Source: a virus (taxonomy: Duplodnaviria; Caudoviricetes). From it: 53,673 nt of DNA. Positions 35,244 through 43,571 of this stretch are shown here, one piece after another. Made by a program: the position numbers and the translations under genes. The DNA is taken from the IMG/VR virus record IMGVR_UViG_3300031111_000014, positions 1-53,673 of that record. One strand, written 5' to 3'. Position 1 is the first letter of the stretch, and each line of letters starts with the position of its first letter. The notes beneath the pieces were generated by a model, which had not been told where the DNA came from, searched no databases, and worked only from the letters and a program-made list of their open reading frames with translations.

Positions 35244-35992
35244 AGCAGCTCATCATCATCGGTGCTGGCAAGGGCGCGGAGCTGGTACTCAAGTGGGTGG
35301 AGCGGTTTAACGAGTACGAATATAGAGTGTGGTCGGAGATATGGGGGCCATTCCCTCGAGGTGCAGGCTTTACTCCCGATCTAATCACGCCCGTTGGTAT
35401 CTTGGATGACTGCGAGGACCGGCACGGGCAAGAGATTATGGAGGTCCCCATAATCGGGGCAACCAACTATCTCAAAAGGCAGGAGTGTCTTTGTGGTCAG
35501 GCTGATTGCCTTGCGAATACTCGCCTGCCTAAATATCACCTGATCTGCTCGTCCTCCAATGTCCCCTTCCGCAAGAAGATCGCGGCCATGTACTCGGGTA
35601 AGTACCCCTTTCTCAATTCGATACGCTCCGAGCTGGCCGACGACATCAAGATCGGTGAGGGCAATATCATATTCCCTGGCGTCTCGACCGACTGGTTTAC
35701 CGAGATCGGCAGTCATAACGTCATGTCGACCGGCTGTGCAATCGCCCACCACAACAAGATCGGTGACTGCAACCTGTTCGGCCCGGGCTGCATGTTCTCG
35801 GGCTCGGTCACTATCGGCTCGGGTTGTCGGTTCGGCAGCCTGATCGTGGTAGAGCCCTGTGTGACAATCGGCGACGACTGCAACATAGCCTCGGGCAGCG
35901 TAATAGTCGGCGATGTCCCGTCCGGGACAAGCATCAAGGCTATACGCAACACCGGCCAGCCGATCTACCAGGGCGAAAGGAGGGTGCGGTGA
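35240..35992 (+). CDS. NeuD/PglD-like sugar acetyltransferase (hexapeptide repeats)
   Basis: LIIIGAGKGA N-terminal Rossmann-like motif; IGEGNII, IAHHNKIGD, VTIGSGC, VTIGDDC left-handed beta-helix repeats. Confidence 0.88.
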   Translation: MKQLIIIGAGKGAELVLKWVERFNEYEYRVWSEIWGPFPRGAGFTPDLITPVGILDDCEDRHGQEIMEVPIIGATNYLKRQECLCGQADCLANTRLPKYHLICSSSNVPFRKKIAAMYSGKYPFLNSIRSELADDIKIGEGNIIFPGVSTDWFTEIGSHNVMSTGCAIAHHNKIGDCNLFGPGCMFSGSVTIGSGCRFGSLIVVEPCVTIGDDCNIASGSVIVGDVPSGTSIKAIRNTGQPIYQGERRVR

Positions 35993-36162
35993 AAAAGGTC
36001 TATGTCATTGGCGGCCTGCTCGGCCTCTGGGTCTTCGCATGGGGAGCGGCTTTCTTCGAATGGAGTGATGCCTTAGTCGGCGGGGTCCTCGTTGCGGCGT
36101 TCTTCGTGGGGCTATTCGTTGTGGCCGCCAAACTAACCGAAAGCGAGGAACCGCCGTGGTGA
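35989..36162 (+). CDS. Small two-TM membrane protein
   Basis: AGGAGG RBS, GTGA coupling, hydrophobic. Confidence 0.5.
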   Translation: MKKVYVIGGLLGLWVFAWGAAFFEWSDALVGGVLVAAFFVGLFVVAAKLTESEEPPW

Positions 36163-36260
36163 ACGGGGATCATTTATTGGCGCAGATTGATAGCGGCTCG
36201 ACTGGTGTGAATGTCCATAGGGATGCGTATGGCGTGCTGACGATCAACAACCGGGAATAA

Positions 36261-36455
36261 ATGGAAGACCGGCAGCAGTTTAAGGCGTTCATAGTTAAGA
36301 TGCATCCGGACCTGTCGGACCTTGATATCGAGGTTATGTTCTTGCGGCAGTATGGACTTACGCAAAGAGAAATCGCCGCACAGGTAGGGATCTCCCAGCG
36401 TGGGGTAGGCAAGAAGTTGCAGAAATTGCGAAAAAAGTTTAATGGGCGGTTCTAA
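36261..36455 (+). CDS. Sigma70 region-4-like HTH, putative late regulator
   Basis: LSDLDIEVMFLRQYGLTQREIAAQVGISQRGV; directly before packaging genes. Confidence 0.7.
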   Translation: MEDRQQFKAFIVKMHPDLSDLDIEVMFLRQYGLTQREIAAQVGISQRGVGKKLQKLRKKFNGRF

Positions 36456-36489
36456 AGCAGGCCCAAACTGTGCATATCAGTGAGGGGCA

Positions 36490-36780
36490 GTGGGTAAAGG
36501 TTCCCGTAAATACAGGCGACGCCGCAAACACCGGCGCCAACAACAGGTCTCGGGCAAGCGGCACACTATCCACGTCACCTCGGAGGCTGAATTGCAATGG
36601 GCGAACGACATCGATGGCACACTTATCCGGCTGCCCGGCACCGAGCCTCTTGGACAACGCAAGGCGGTCAACGCATGGACGGAAGCGGACTGGCAGAGAA
36701 ACGAGCTTTTCGCGCTTAACCTAACATGGCGAGACGACAGCGCGATTACGCAGCGGACCAAACGTGGGTCAGCGTTCTGA
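36490..36780 (+). CDS. Basic hypothetical protein
   Basis: GAGG upstream of GTG; Arg/Lys-rich N-terminus. Confidence 0.35.
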   Translation: MGKGSRKYRRRRKHRRQQQVSGKRHTIHVTSEAELQWANDIDGTLIRLPGTEPLGQRKAVNAWTEADWQRNELFALNLTWRDDSAITQRTKRGSAF

Positions 36781-36839
36781 CCACGCACACGGGCCGATAG
36801 TCCGGGGCGTACGACCGGGCAGGCCCAACAAACCAGAAG

Positions 36840-38060
36840 ATGCCATTCGCACAACCTAAGTTTATATCAGATTGCGACATAGAGAAACTCAAGCCCTATG
36901 AGCGCAACCCCCGCAAGAACGACCCAGCCATTGAGGCCGTGGTCTCTTCCATCGAATCCTTCGGCTTTATCAACCCCATAGTCGTCGACGAGGATTTCCG
37001 CATTTGTGCGGGTCATACCCGATTCAAGGCCGCTACTCAAATCGGGCTGAAAACAGTCCCGGTTATTGTCGCCCCTCAGCTGGTCGGGGATAAGTTCGCC
37101 GGTTACAATATCGCCGACAATCAGACCGCCAGCATAGCCGAATGGGACGAGAGGGAGCTTGCCGGGATCATCAAGGAACTCCAGGAGAACGACTTCGAAA
37201 TTGATGCCCTCGGTTTCAACGCCGAGGAATTCAATGCGATTATGTCGACCTTGGACGAGCCGCCGGAGTACCTGAAGGATCCAGACTGGTCGCCTGAGCC
37301 TGAACCGGACAACCCGGTGACGAAGACCGGCGACCTGTGGTTGCTGGGCGACCATCGACTGCTGTGCGGTGACGCTACGAAGAAAGAGGATGTGGACGGG
37401 CTGATGGGGGGTAATATCCCAACCCTTATGGTAACTGACCCGCCTTATGGGGTCAACTACAATCCCGCTTGGAGAGATGAGGCTGCTGCCGCTGGTCACC
37501 TTACCCCGGCGCGACGTCGCATAGGCAAGGTGACCAGCGATGACGTCTCCGACTGGTCTGGTGCGTGGGGACTATTCTCTGGTGATGTTGTCTATTGCTG
37601 GCATGCTGGTCAGCATGCCAGCGTGGTCGAGGCGTCACTGTTGAATACAGGGTTCCCGATCCGTTGCCAAATAGTGTGGGCGAAGCCCGGTTTTGTTATC
37701 AGTCGAGGGCATTATAACGGACAGCACGAACCTTGCTGGTACGCTGTCCGCAAAGGCTCAACCGCACACTGGATAGGAGACCACTCACAATCCACTCTGT
37801 GGGAGATATCTAACCGCCTCTCTGAGGCTGAGGGGAAGACGAACCACGGTACACAGAAGCCGATAGAGTGTATGGCCCGTCCAGCCAGAAACCACTCCGG
37901 TGACGTCTACGACCCCTTCCTCGGCTCCGGCACCACGATGATCGCCTGTGAGCAGCTTGGCCGGAAGTGTTACGGCATGGAGATCGATCCTGTCTACTGC
38001 GACGTAGCCGTTCGCCGATGGGAAGGCATTACCGGCAAAAAGGCGGAGTTGGCGACGTGA
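36840..38060 (+). CDS. ParB-N domain fused to DNA methyltransferase
   Basis: LKPYERNPRKN...FGFINPIVVD...GHTR, IADN; TDPPYGV, HGTQKP, DPFLGSGTT. Confidence 0.92.
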   Translation: MPFAQPKFISDCDIEKLKPYERNPRKNDPAIEAVVSSIESFGFINPIVVDEDFRICAGHTRFKAATQIGLKTVPVIVAPQLVGDKFAGYNIADNQTASIAEWDERELAGIIKELQENDFEIDALGFNAEEFNAIMSTLDEPPEYLKDPDWSPEPEPDNPVTKTGDLWLLGDHRLLCGDATKKEDVDGLMGGNIPTLMVTDPPYGVNYNPAWRDEAAAAGHLTPARRRIGKVTSDDVSDWSGAWGLFSGDVVYCWHAGQHASVVEASLLNTGFPIRCQIVWAKPGFVISRGHYNGQHEPCWYAVRKGSTAHWIGDHSQSTLWEISNRLSEAEGKTNHGTQKPIECMARPARNHSGDVYDPFLGSGTTMIACEQLGRKCYGMEIDPVYCDVAVRRWEGITGKKAELAT

Positions 38061-38548
38061 CGAAGCGACGGCAAGTCAGTACCAAGTACAACGAGTCCGA
38101 CGCCGAGGCCTGGTTTAAGTGGTGGTATGAGAACGACCGGAACTACAAGGCGACGGCCAAGAACTTCAAGGTTTCACCGACGACGGTCCGTCGTCACGCT
38201 AGACGCCGGGACTGGGTACTCCGAGCTGAGAAGATAAGGGCCGACGTAGCCAACGCCCACGACCGCAAGATAGTCAAACAGGAAGTCTCAAACGTCCAGA
38301 TGGCCAAAGCCTGTCTCAAGAAGGAGATCAGGCAATATCTCGACAAAGAACACAAGGCGGTTGGCGACATCAACGCCATAGTTAAGTTGATGAGGTATAT
38401 CGATGAGGTTGAAGGCAATATGCCAAACGGTGGTGATTATCGCGGTGGTTCTATCCTTGATGAGTTTTCTCCCGATGAACGAGAATCCCTCCGCAAAGAC
38501 ATCACAGCCATCAGAGCCTATCGACAACAGTTGGCTGAGTCCAGATAA
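38057..38548 (+). CDS. Putative terminase small subunit
   Basis: N-terminal HTH (TAKNFKVSPTTVRRHARRRDW), directly upstream of TerL; GTG at 38057. Confidence 0.65.
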   Translation: MTKRRQVSTKYNESDAEAWFKWWYENDRNYKATAKNFKVSPTTVRRHARRRDWVLRAEKIRADVANAHDRKIVKQEVSNVQMAKACLKKEIRQYLDKEHKAVGDINAIVKLMRYIDEVEGNMPNGGDYRGGSILDEFSPDERESLRKDITAIRAYRQQLAESR

Positions 38549-40136
38549 TTTCCTCGACGACTCACCGCGTTTCAATATGGCATACCGCATCCGGACCACC
38601 CGGGGCGGTAAGTTGGAATTCCACAATCGCCCGTGGATGATCCCGCTATATGACGATTATGCCGACCGCATCGTGATCCAGAAGTGCTCCCAGGTAGGGA
38701 TCTCCGACTGGATGATATGCGAGATGCTGTCACAGGCCCGAAACGGCAAGGCCGTCATGTACGTCCTGCCGACCGACAAGATCGTCTACGGGTTTACACC
38801 CCGGCGCCTGGACAAGCTCATACTCTCGAGGCCCTATCTCCGGCAGAACTGCCAGCGCAAGGACAAAGACTCCGACACTAAGACCCAAAAGACCCTGTTC
38901 GGCGTTGATTGCCACGTTGTCGGGTCAAACGCCGTCAACAACTTCTACGAAAAGCCGTGTGATGTGCTCCTGATCGACGAGCTCGACCGCTGCACTCAGG
39001 CCAATCTGCCATACGCCTACGACCGGCTGGGATCGGCCGAACGTGAAATCTGGCGCAAGTGCGGTAACCCGAGCGTTACCAATTTCGGGATAAACAAGGC
39101 ATACGCCGAATCAGACGCCAAAGTCTGGATGGTCAAGTGCCCCCACTGCAACGAGTGGCAGGAACTCACCTGGTTTGACAATTTCGTCCGAGACGAAGGC
39201 GGTTCACAGTTCTCGCTCCGTGACGTTTCCTCTTCCTTCGTCACTTCCTCCACCGCAACCGGCACAGGGGATGCTACCCCCCTGTGCCGGAAATGTGAGC
39301 GGCCGATCGATCGGCTCGCCCCGGGCCAGTGGGTCAAGCAGAAGCAGGACGCCGTTGTCTCCGGTTACAAAATAAGCAAGCCGTGGGCAGATCCCCGCCC
39401 CGGGCCTATCGTTCTCAATCTATTCGACGAGTTTATCACCGCCCAGGCCAACCAGTTCGCCCTGCAGCGGTTTTACAACAACGTCCTCGGCGAGCCGTTT
39501 AAGGCCGAGGGCGCCCAACTCACCCTGGCCATGCTGGCCGAATGTGCGGGTGAGTACAAGATGCCCGTCACAGCCAATAACACCGTGGCTGGCGTTGATG
39601 TGGGTGCGGTTCTGCATGTCAACATATCCGAGATTCATAATGGCATAAGGCGTAAGGTCTTTATCGGTAGGGCGAACGACTACAACGACCTGCAAATCCT
39701 CTGCCATCGGTACGGCGTGATAAAGGGCGTGATCGATGCCGGGCCTGACGTTCAGGGCACGAGAGAGTGGTGCCGGCGGCATCCGCAGTGGTATCGGTGT
39801 TTCTACAACTTGTCGGACACTTCACCGGATACCCGGGTTGTCGACCACAAGCAGCGGACGATCAGGGTTAACCGGACAGCCTCACTTGATGAATCCTATG
39901 CACATTGGGCTACGGGGCAGGTTGAGATCCCGGTCGATTGGCGGACGGCTGACAATGGCGATTTCGCTGCCCATATGCAGGCACCAACCAGGATACAGGT
40001 AGAGCGGGCAGACGGTAGTCTGGCCTACGTATGGGACGAGGGGTCGAATCCCGACCACCATTTCCACGCGGACAACTATGAACGACTGGCCTCGACGCTG
40101 TACGGCGGGAGCGGCAGTCTTGTAACGGTGGTCTGA
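38403..40136 (+). CDS. terL: Terminase large subunit, lambda gpA-like (true start probably downstream)
   Basis: KCSQVGIS Walker A, LLIDELD Walker B, CPHC..CRKC, FYNNVLGEP, AGVDVG, DHHFHA. Confidence 0.9.
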   Translation: MRLKAICQTVVIIAVVLSLMSFLPMNENPSAKTSQPSEPIDNSWLSPDNFLDDSPRFNMAYRIRTTRGGKLEFHNRPWMIPLYDDYADRIVIQKCSQVGISDWMICEMLSQARNGKAVMYVLPTDKIVYGFTPRRLDKLILSRPYLRQNCQRKDKDSDTKTQKTLFGVDCHVVGSNAVNNFYEKPCDVLLIDELDRCTQANLPYAYDRLGSAEREIWRKCGNPSVTNFGINKAYAESDAKVWMVKCPHCNEWQELTWFDNFVRDEGGSQFSLRDVSSSFVTSSTATGTGDATPLCRKCERPIDRLAPGQWVKQKQDAVVSGYKISKPWADPRPGPIVLNLFDEFITAQANQFALQRFYNNVLGEPFKAEGAQLTLAMLAECAGEYKMPVTANNTVAGVDVGAVLHVNISEIHNGIRRKVFIGRANDYNDLQILCHRYGVIKGVIDAGPDVQGTREWCRRHPQWYRCFYNLSDTSPDTRVVDHKQRTIRVNRTASLDESYAHWATGQVEIPVDWRTADNGDFAAHMQAPTRIQVERADGSLAYVWDEGSNPDHHFHADNYERLASTLYGGSGSLVTVV

Positions 40137-40160
40137 AATAGACCTAAAAGTGATTTTTTT
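40133..40160 (+). promoter_or_regulatory. 28-bp repeated motif, copy 3 (upstream of terL-portal insert)
   Basis: CTGAAATAGACCTAAAAGTGATTTTTTT, 22/28 to copy 1. Confidence 0.6.
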
Positions 40161-40227
40161 AAACAAGGTAGGGCGGTAGGTTTAGGGTGAAGGATTAGCA
40201 AGAGGAATCACGGCGAGGAGGTCAAGC

Positions 40228-40461
40228 GTGAAGGTGACGGTGAAAGCAACTAGACACGATGACGAGGTTGACGTTCTGCGGGGCGTTAATTTCAAGTCCT
40301 GCTGTGAGGTGGGGCAGGGAAGCGCCTTAGAGTTCCGGTTTACTGACAATCAGAAAACTGTTAGCTCCCGTACACTGGTTGAGTACGTCGTGATGTTTCC
40401 AGGTTGGCTTGCGGATAGCCGTAGGGCCCTCAAGTCTTTGACCATCGAGGCGGAGGAGTGA
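40228..40461 (+). CDS. Hypothetical protein
   Basis: GAGGAGG RBS, GTG start. Confidence 0.5.
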   Translation: MKVTVKATRHDDEVDVLRGVNFKSCCEVGQGSALEFRFTDNQKTVSSRTLVEYVVMFPGWLADSRRALKSLTIEAEE

Positions 40462-40691
40462 TGATGGGTAACAGTATATTCTATGAAGTATTTCTTTTGT
40501 CCGGGGAGGGAGTCGAGTCTTGTATTTACAAGGTTCTTTTCTATACCAGCGAAGTCCAATGGTGGAGAGAGCCGAAGCAACAAGCCAACCTCAGGGAACG
40601 ATTCATCAAGTCATCACATTATGGCGAAGAATGTAGAATCGTCGATATCCAGCCCGTTAATCTTGACTATTTCGATTCGGTGGTGGGTTAG
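40458..40691 (+). CDS. Hypothetical protein
   Basis: GGAGG RBS, coupled start. Confidence 0.45.
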   Translation: MMMGNSIFYEVFLLSGEGVESCIYKVLFYTSEVQWWREPKQQANLRERFIKSSHYGEECRIVDIQPVNLDYFDSVVG

Positions 40692-40693
40692 TC

Positions 40694-40855
40694 ATGCCGC
40701 GTTACGTCAAGAAGCCGGTGGAGGGGCCGACCACGGAGTTCATTGCTGCGATGTGGTGTATTCACGATGCAGCCATAAGGTGTCCGCTTGGCGAAGTCGA
40801 AACAATAACCGACATCTTCACCGCCACGTACGACAAGGTGGAGGCCAAGCGATGA
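40694..40855 (+). CDS. Small phage protein (KKPV...DIF.ATY type), not in ORF track
   Basis: Manual translation MPRYVKKPVEG...GEVETITDIFTATYDKV. Confidence 0.45.
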   Translation: MPRYVKKPVEGPTTEFIAAMWCIHDAAIRCPLGEVETITDIFTATYDKVEAKR

Positions 40856-41040
40856 CTGACGCGGAGAAGATCGAGAGGTTGGGAAGGGAGTTGGATGAGC
40901 TGGACGACTTCACTGACAGGCTCGTGCAAAAAGTAATATCCCTCGACACCCGCCTGTCCGCGCTGGAGAAGCGGGATGGCTTTGACGCTAACAAGACCAC
41001 ATACCCAAGTGACTACAAAGACCAGGAGCCGCCGCGATGA
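40852..41040 (+). CDS. Small coiled-coil protein
   Basis: GGAGG RBS, ATG 40852. Confidence 0.5.
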   Translation: MTDAEKIERLGRELDELDDFTDRLVQKVISLDTRLSALEKRDGFDANKTTYPSDYKDQEPPR

Positions 41041-41255
41041 CCTTCTCTGAGGCGCTGGAGTTGTTGAAGCAGGGGAGGAAGGTGCGTAGGCATAGTTGGC
41101 ACCCCGAAGTGTATCACTTTATGAACAATAGTAAGGGCGAGTGGCTGAGTGGGCACTTGATGATTCATTTACCGCAAGGTGATTCGGGTGCTAGTTATTT
41201 CAGCGAGGATATATTCTCTGACGACTGGGAGGCGGTGTGGCCATGTGGCGAGTGA
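41037..41255 (+). CDS. DUF2829/Tad2-like protein
   Basis: MTFSEALELLKQGRKVRRHSW...EDIFSDDWE matches the DUF2829 terminal motifs. Confidence 0.7.
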   Translation: MTFSEALELLKQGRKVRRHSWHPEVYHFMNNSKGEWLSGHLMIHLPQGDSGASYFSEDIFSDDWEAVWPCGE

Positions 41256-41437
41256 AGGCGATAGGGACAGCACTGATCTGTACGGCCCTGTGGTACGGTT
41301 TATATAAGGCCGTGCTCATGGTGGGGCAGCGGCTGGGTTGGGGCAACCTTGTAGTCGGCGCAGTTCTTGTGGGGATGTTCACTTATTATACTGTCGGTTG
41401 CTACGACCGCTTCCGCCCCGACAAGGAGGAGAAATGA
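41237..41437 (+). CDS. Small two-TM membrane protein
   Basis: Two hydrophobic segments. Confidence 0.45.
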   Translation: MAMWRVKAIGTALICTALWYGLYKAVLMVGQRLGWGNLVVGAVLVGMFTYYTVGCYDRFRPDKEEK

Positions 41438-41805
41438 TCGGCTGGCTGTTCTTCATCCTCTGGCTGGCATACCTCGGACACGCCTGGTATCGGTGGGTAA
41501 GGCGTGACGACCCGTTGAGACAGAGGCTCCCCGATGGTTCAACGAGGCTCGATCGCGCAAAAAGGAATAACAGCTTGATGTATCGAGAATACTACGACAT
41601 GACCCAGCCAGCGCAGGAGTTGGAAGCGTTCAGGGCCGACCTCGAAGCTGAACTCCAGAAACATTGCCCGGACATTAAAGTCGAGATAGCGCAGATAGGT
41701 GACGCTGGGACGTTGGACATCTCTAACCTTGCCGCCCAACCCAACATCCCAACTTTCCGATCTCGCCTCTCCGACCGATTCCGCGAAATGGGATGGGACC
41801 AATGA
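41434..41805 (+). CDS. Membrane-anchored hypothetical protein
   Basis: AAGGAGG RBS, ATG 41434, N-terminal TM. Confidence 0.5.
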   Translation: MIGWLFFILWLAYLGHAWYRWVRRDDPLRQRLPDGSTRLDRAKRNNSLMYREYYDMTQPAQELEAFRADLEAELQKHCPDIKVEIAQIGDAGTLDISNLAAQPNIPTFRSRLSDRFREMGWDQ

Positions 41806-42791
41806 GTAAGCCCCTCGTCGTCTTCATCTCGATCCACGATTGGGCTAACTCCACCTACGAAGCGGTGCAGGCTATCAACCATGTCGGAGAGATTGATGCC
41901 CGGCATATCGTGCTCTGGGAGCACCCGTGGCAATATCCCCACGACCTGTGCATCCCCGTTGCCGGGTCGTCAATGCCAGCACGTAAGCACCCCAGGTTCT
42001 TCGAGGCGATGGACCTGCTTAACCGGGCCGACCTGGTACATCTGTGGAATTGTGAGTGGCGGGACTTTTCGAACGGTGCCCTGCATGGCAACATCCTGGC
42101 AGAGCCGTTCCCCGTCCCGGTCGAGAAAGTAAAATCCTGCTCATATACCGGGAGCCAGTACCGTAAGTTTCACTCACAAATAAACCCCCGCCTGAGAGGG
42201 CAGGGGTTAAAGCTGGCAGTGCAAGATCCCTGTTTCCATTGGCCCGATGAAATAGACGAGACTTTCATCCCGCATGCCGTGAACACCGATGAGCTGACAC
42301 CTTTGCCGATCGGCTTGCGGGATCCAGAAACTATTGGCTGCTACAACCCCGGCCGACCCAACTACGACGCCGAAATAAGGCTGCTGCGCAACGCCCTCGA
42401 TAAGGAGTACATTCAGTGGAAGCTGGTTATGGACCGGCTGCCGATATCACACCGGGACCACCTGAAGCAGGTAGCCAGGTGTCGATTCTTCTTCCAGTCG
42501 GTCTGGCGGGAGACCGGGACTTTCGGCAGATCGGCCCTTGAGGCCTGCTCGATGGGTGTCCCGACGTTCTCGATGATCTCCGACGAGGCCAGACAGCGGG
42601 GCGAGGTAGGTGGCTTTGACGACCCGGCGATTATCCACGTTACCGAACAGACGCTCGAGGACGTGATAGCCGAAACGATCAAGGCCAACTACGACGAGTT
42701 AAGTCACAGATCCAGGCAGTGGGTAATTGACCACTACAGCTATCCGGTAGTGGGGCGGATGTACACCGAGTTCTTTAGGGGGGTGGAGTGA
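41802..42791 (+). CDS. Glycosyltransferase, GT-B fold (GT4-like)
   Basis: ADLVHLW, FIPHAVNTD, TFGRSALEACSMGVPTFS, SRQWVIDHYS. Confidence 0.8.
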   Translation: MSKPLVVFISIHDWANSTYEAVQAINHVGEIDARHIVLWEHPWQYPHDLCIPVAGSSMPARKHPRFFEAMDLLNRADLVHLWNCEWRDFSNGALHGNILAEPFPVPVEKVKSCSYTGSQYRKFHSQINPRLRGQGLKLAVQDPCFHWPDEIDETFIPHAVNTDELTPLPIGLRDPETIGCYNPGRPNYDAEIRLLRNALDKEYIQWKLVMDRLPISHRDHLKQVARCRFFFQSVWRETGTFGRSALEACSMGVPTFSMISDEARQRGEVGGFDDPAIIHVTEQTLEDVIAETIKANYDELSHRSRQWVIDHYSYPVVGRMYTEFFRGVE

Positions 42792-43318
42792 TGGAATGGT
42801 TGCTTGGCTTATTTATCGCCGCATTTTGTGTCGTTGGCTATTACGTGGTCGATGTTCTTGACGACATCGCCACTATCCTGCGCGACAAGATGGAGGTCAC
42901 GAAAGTCTGTGACTGCGGGGGAGTAAAATGCCCCGAATGTGGCAGTTTCGATGTGACCCCCCATGTCAACACATTCACTTGTCAATGTGGGCATGATTTT
43001 GCGGTCGTTGTGTCCAAGGACTGTCAATGCGACCACACTTTTCACGCCAAGTCGGTTGACGACTGCGATGAGCATGGCAACGAATTGTGTTCCTGTGACG
43101 AACCCGATGAGCAGTTTTCAAGAGAGGTAGACTGCCACCCCGACGGCTCTGAGCGATGGGGGCATTATTATTGCGGTAAGTGTGGCAAGACAGTCCCGCC
43201 GGTAGATGACGGCGACTGCGACGAGCATGGGGTGCAGGGTGACGTTGTACTCAAAAAGAGTACAAGCGTACTCAAAAAGAGTACAACCCCCGATTACGTC
43301 CCCCCGGAGACGGAGTAG
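42788..43318 (+). CDS. Membrane-anchored Cys/His-rich protein
   Basis: N-terminal TM; CDCGGVKCPECG, CQCGH, CGKCG and duplicated DCDEHG. Confidence 0.6.
   Translation: MMEWLLGLFIAAFCVVGYYVVDVLDDIATILRDKMEVTKVCDCGGVKCPECGSFDVTPHVNTFTCQCGHDFAVVVSKDCQCDHTFHAKSVDDCDEHGNELCSCDEPDEQFSREVDCHPDGSERWGHYYCGKCGKTVPPVDDGDCDEHGVQGDVVLKKSTSVLKKSTTPDYVPPETE
43245..43286. repeat. Tandem pair of palindromes (21-bp period)
   Basis: GTACTCAAAAAGAGTACAA at 43247-43265 and 43268-43286; first copy is TTGTACTC-A5-GAGTACAA. Confidence 0.85.
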
Positions 43319-43321
43319 ACG

Positions 43322-43543
43322 ATGACCCGCGTCACCCCATACATAGCGATCTGCTTGGTCGTCTTCGTCTGCGCTCTGTTCATACAGGACAACGCCCTCG
43401 GTCGGCTCGGCACTTGGGATGGTCTCTGGTGGGCGGCCGTGAAGGCGCTCATTGTCGTGGCGGTGTTCATATCCCTGACAATCGGTGAAAAGATTATCTC
43501 CGGCGTATCCCGGCTACTGCGGCAGTGGATATGGGGAGAGTAA
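43322..43543 (+). CDS. Small two-TM membrane protein
   Basis: GGAG RBS, two hydrophobic segments. Confidence 0.5.
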   Translation: MTRVTPYIAICLVVFVCALFIQDNALGRLGTWDGLWWAAVKALIVVAVFISLTIGEKIISGVSRLLRQWIWGE

Positions 43544-43571
43544 CCATTTGATGGCGGAAACGACATTATGA

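Noticed and set aside
36440-36840. cos/pac site upstream of the packaging genes
   Set aside because: A hairpin is present near 36791-36826, but no recognisable cos sequence; needs read-terminus data
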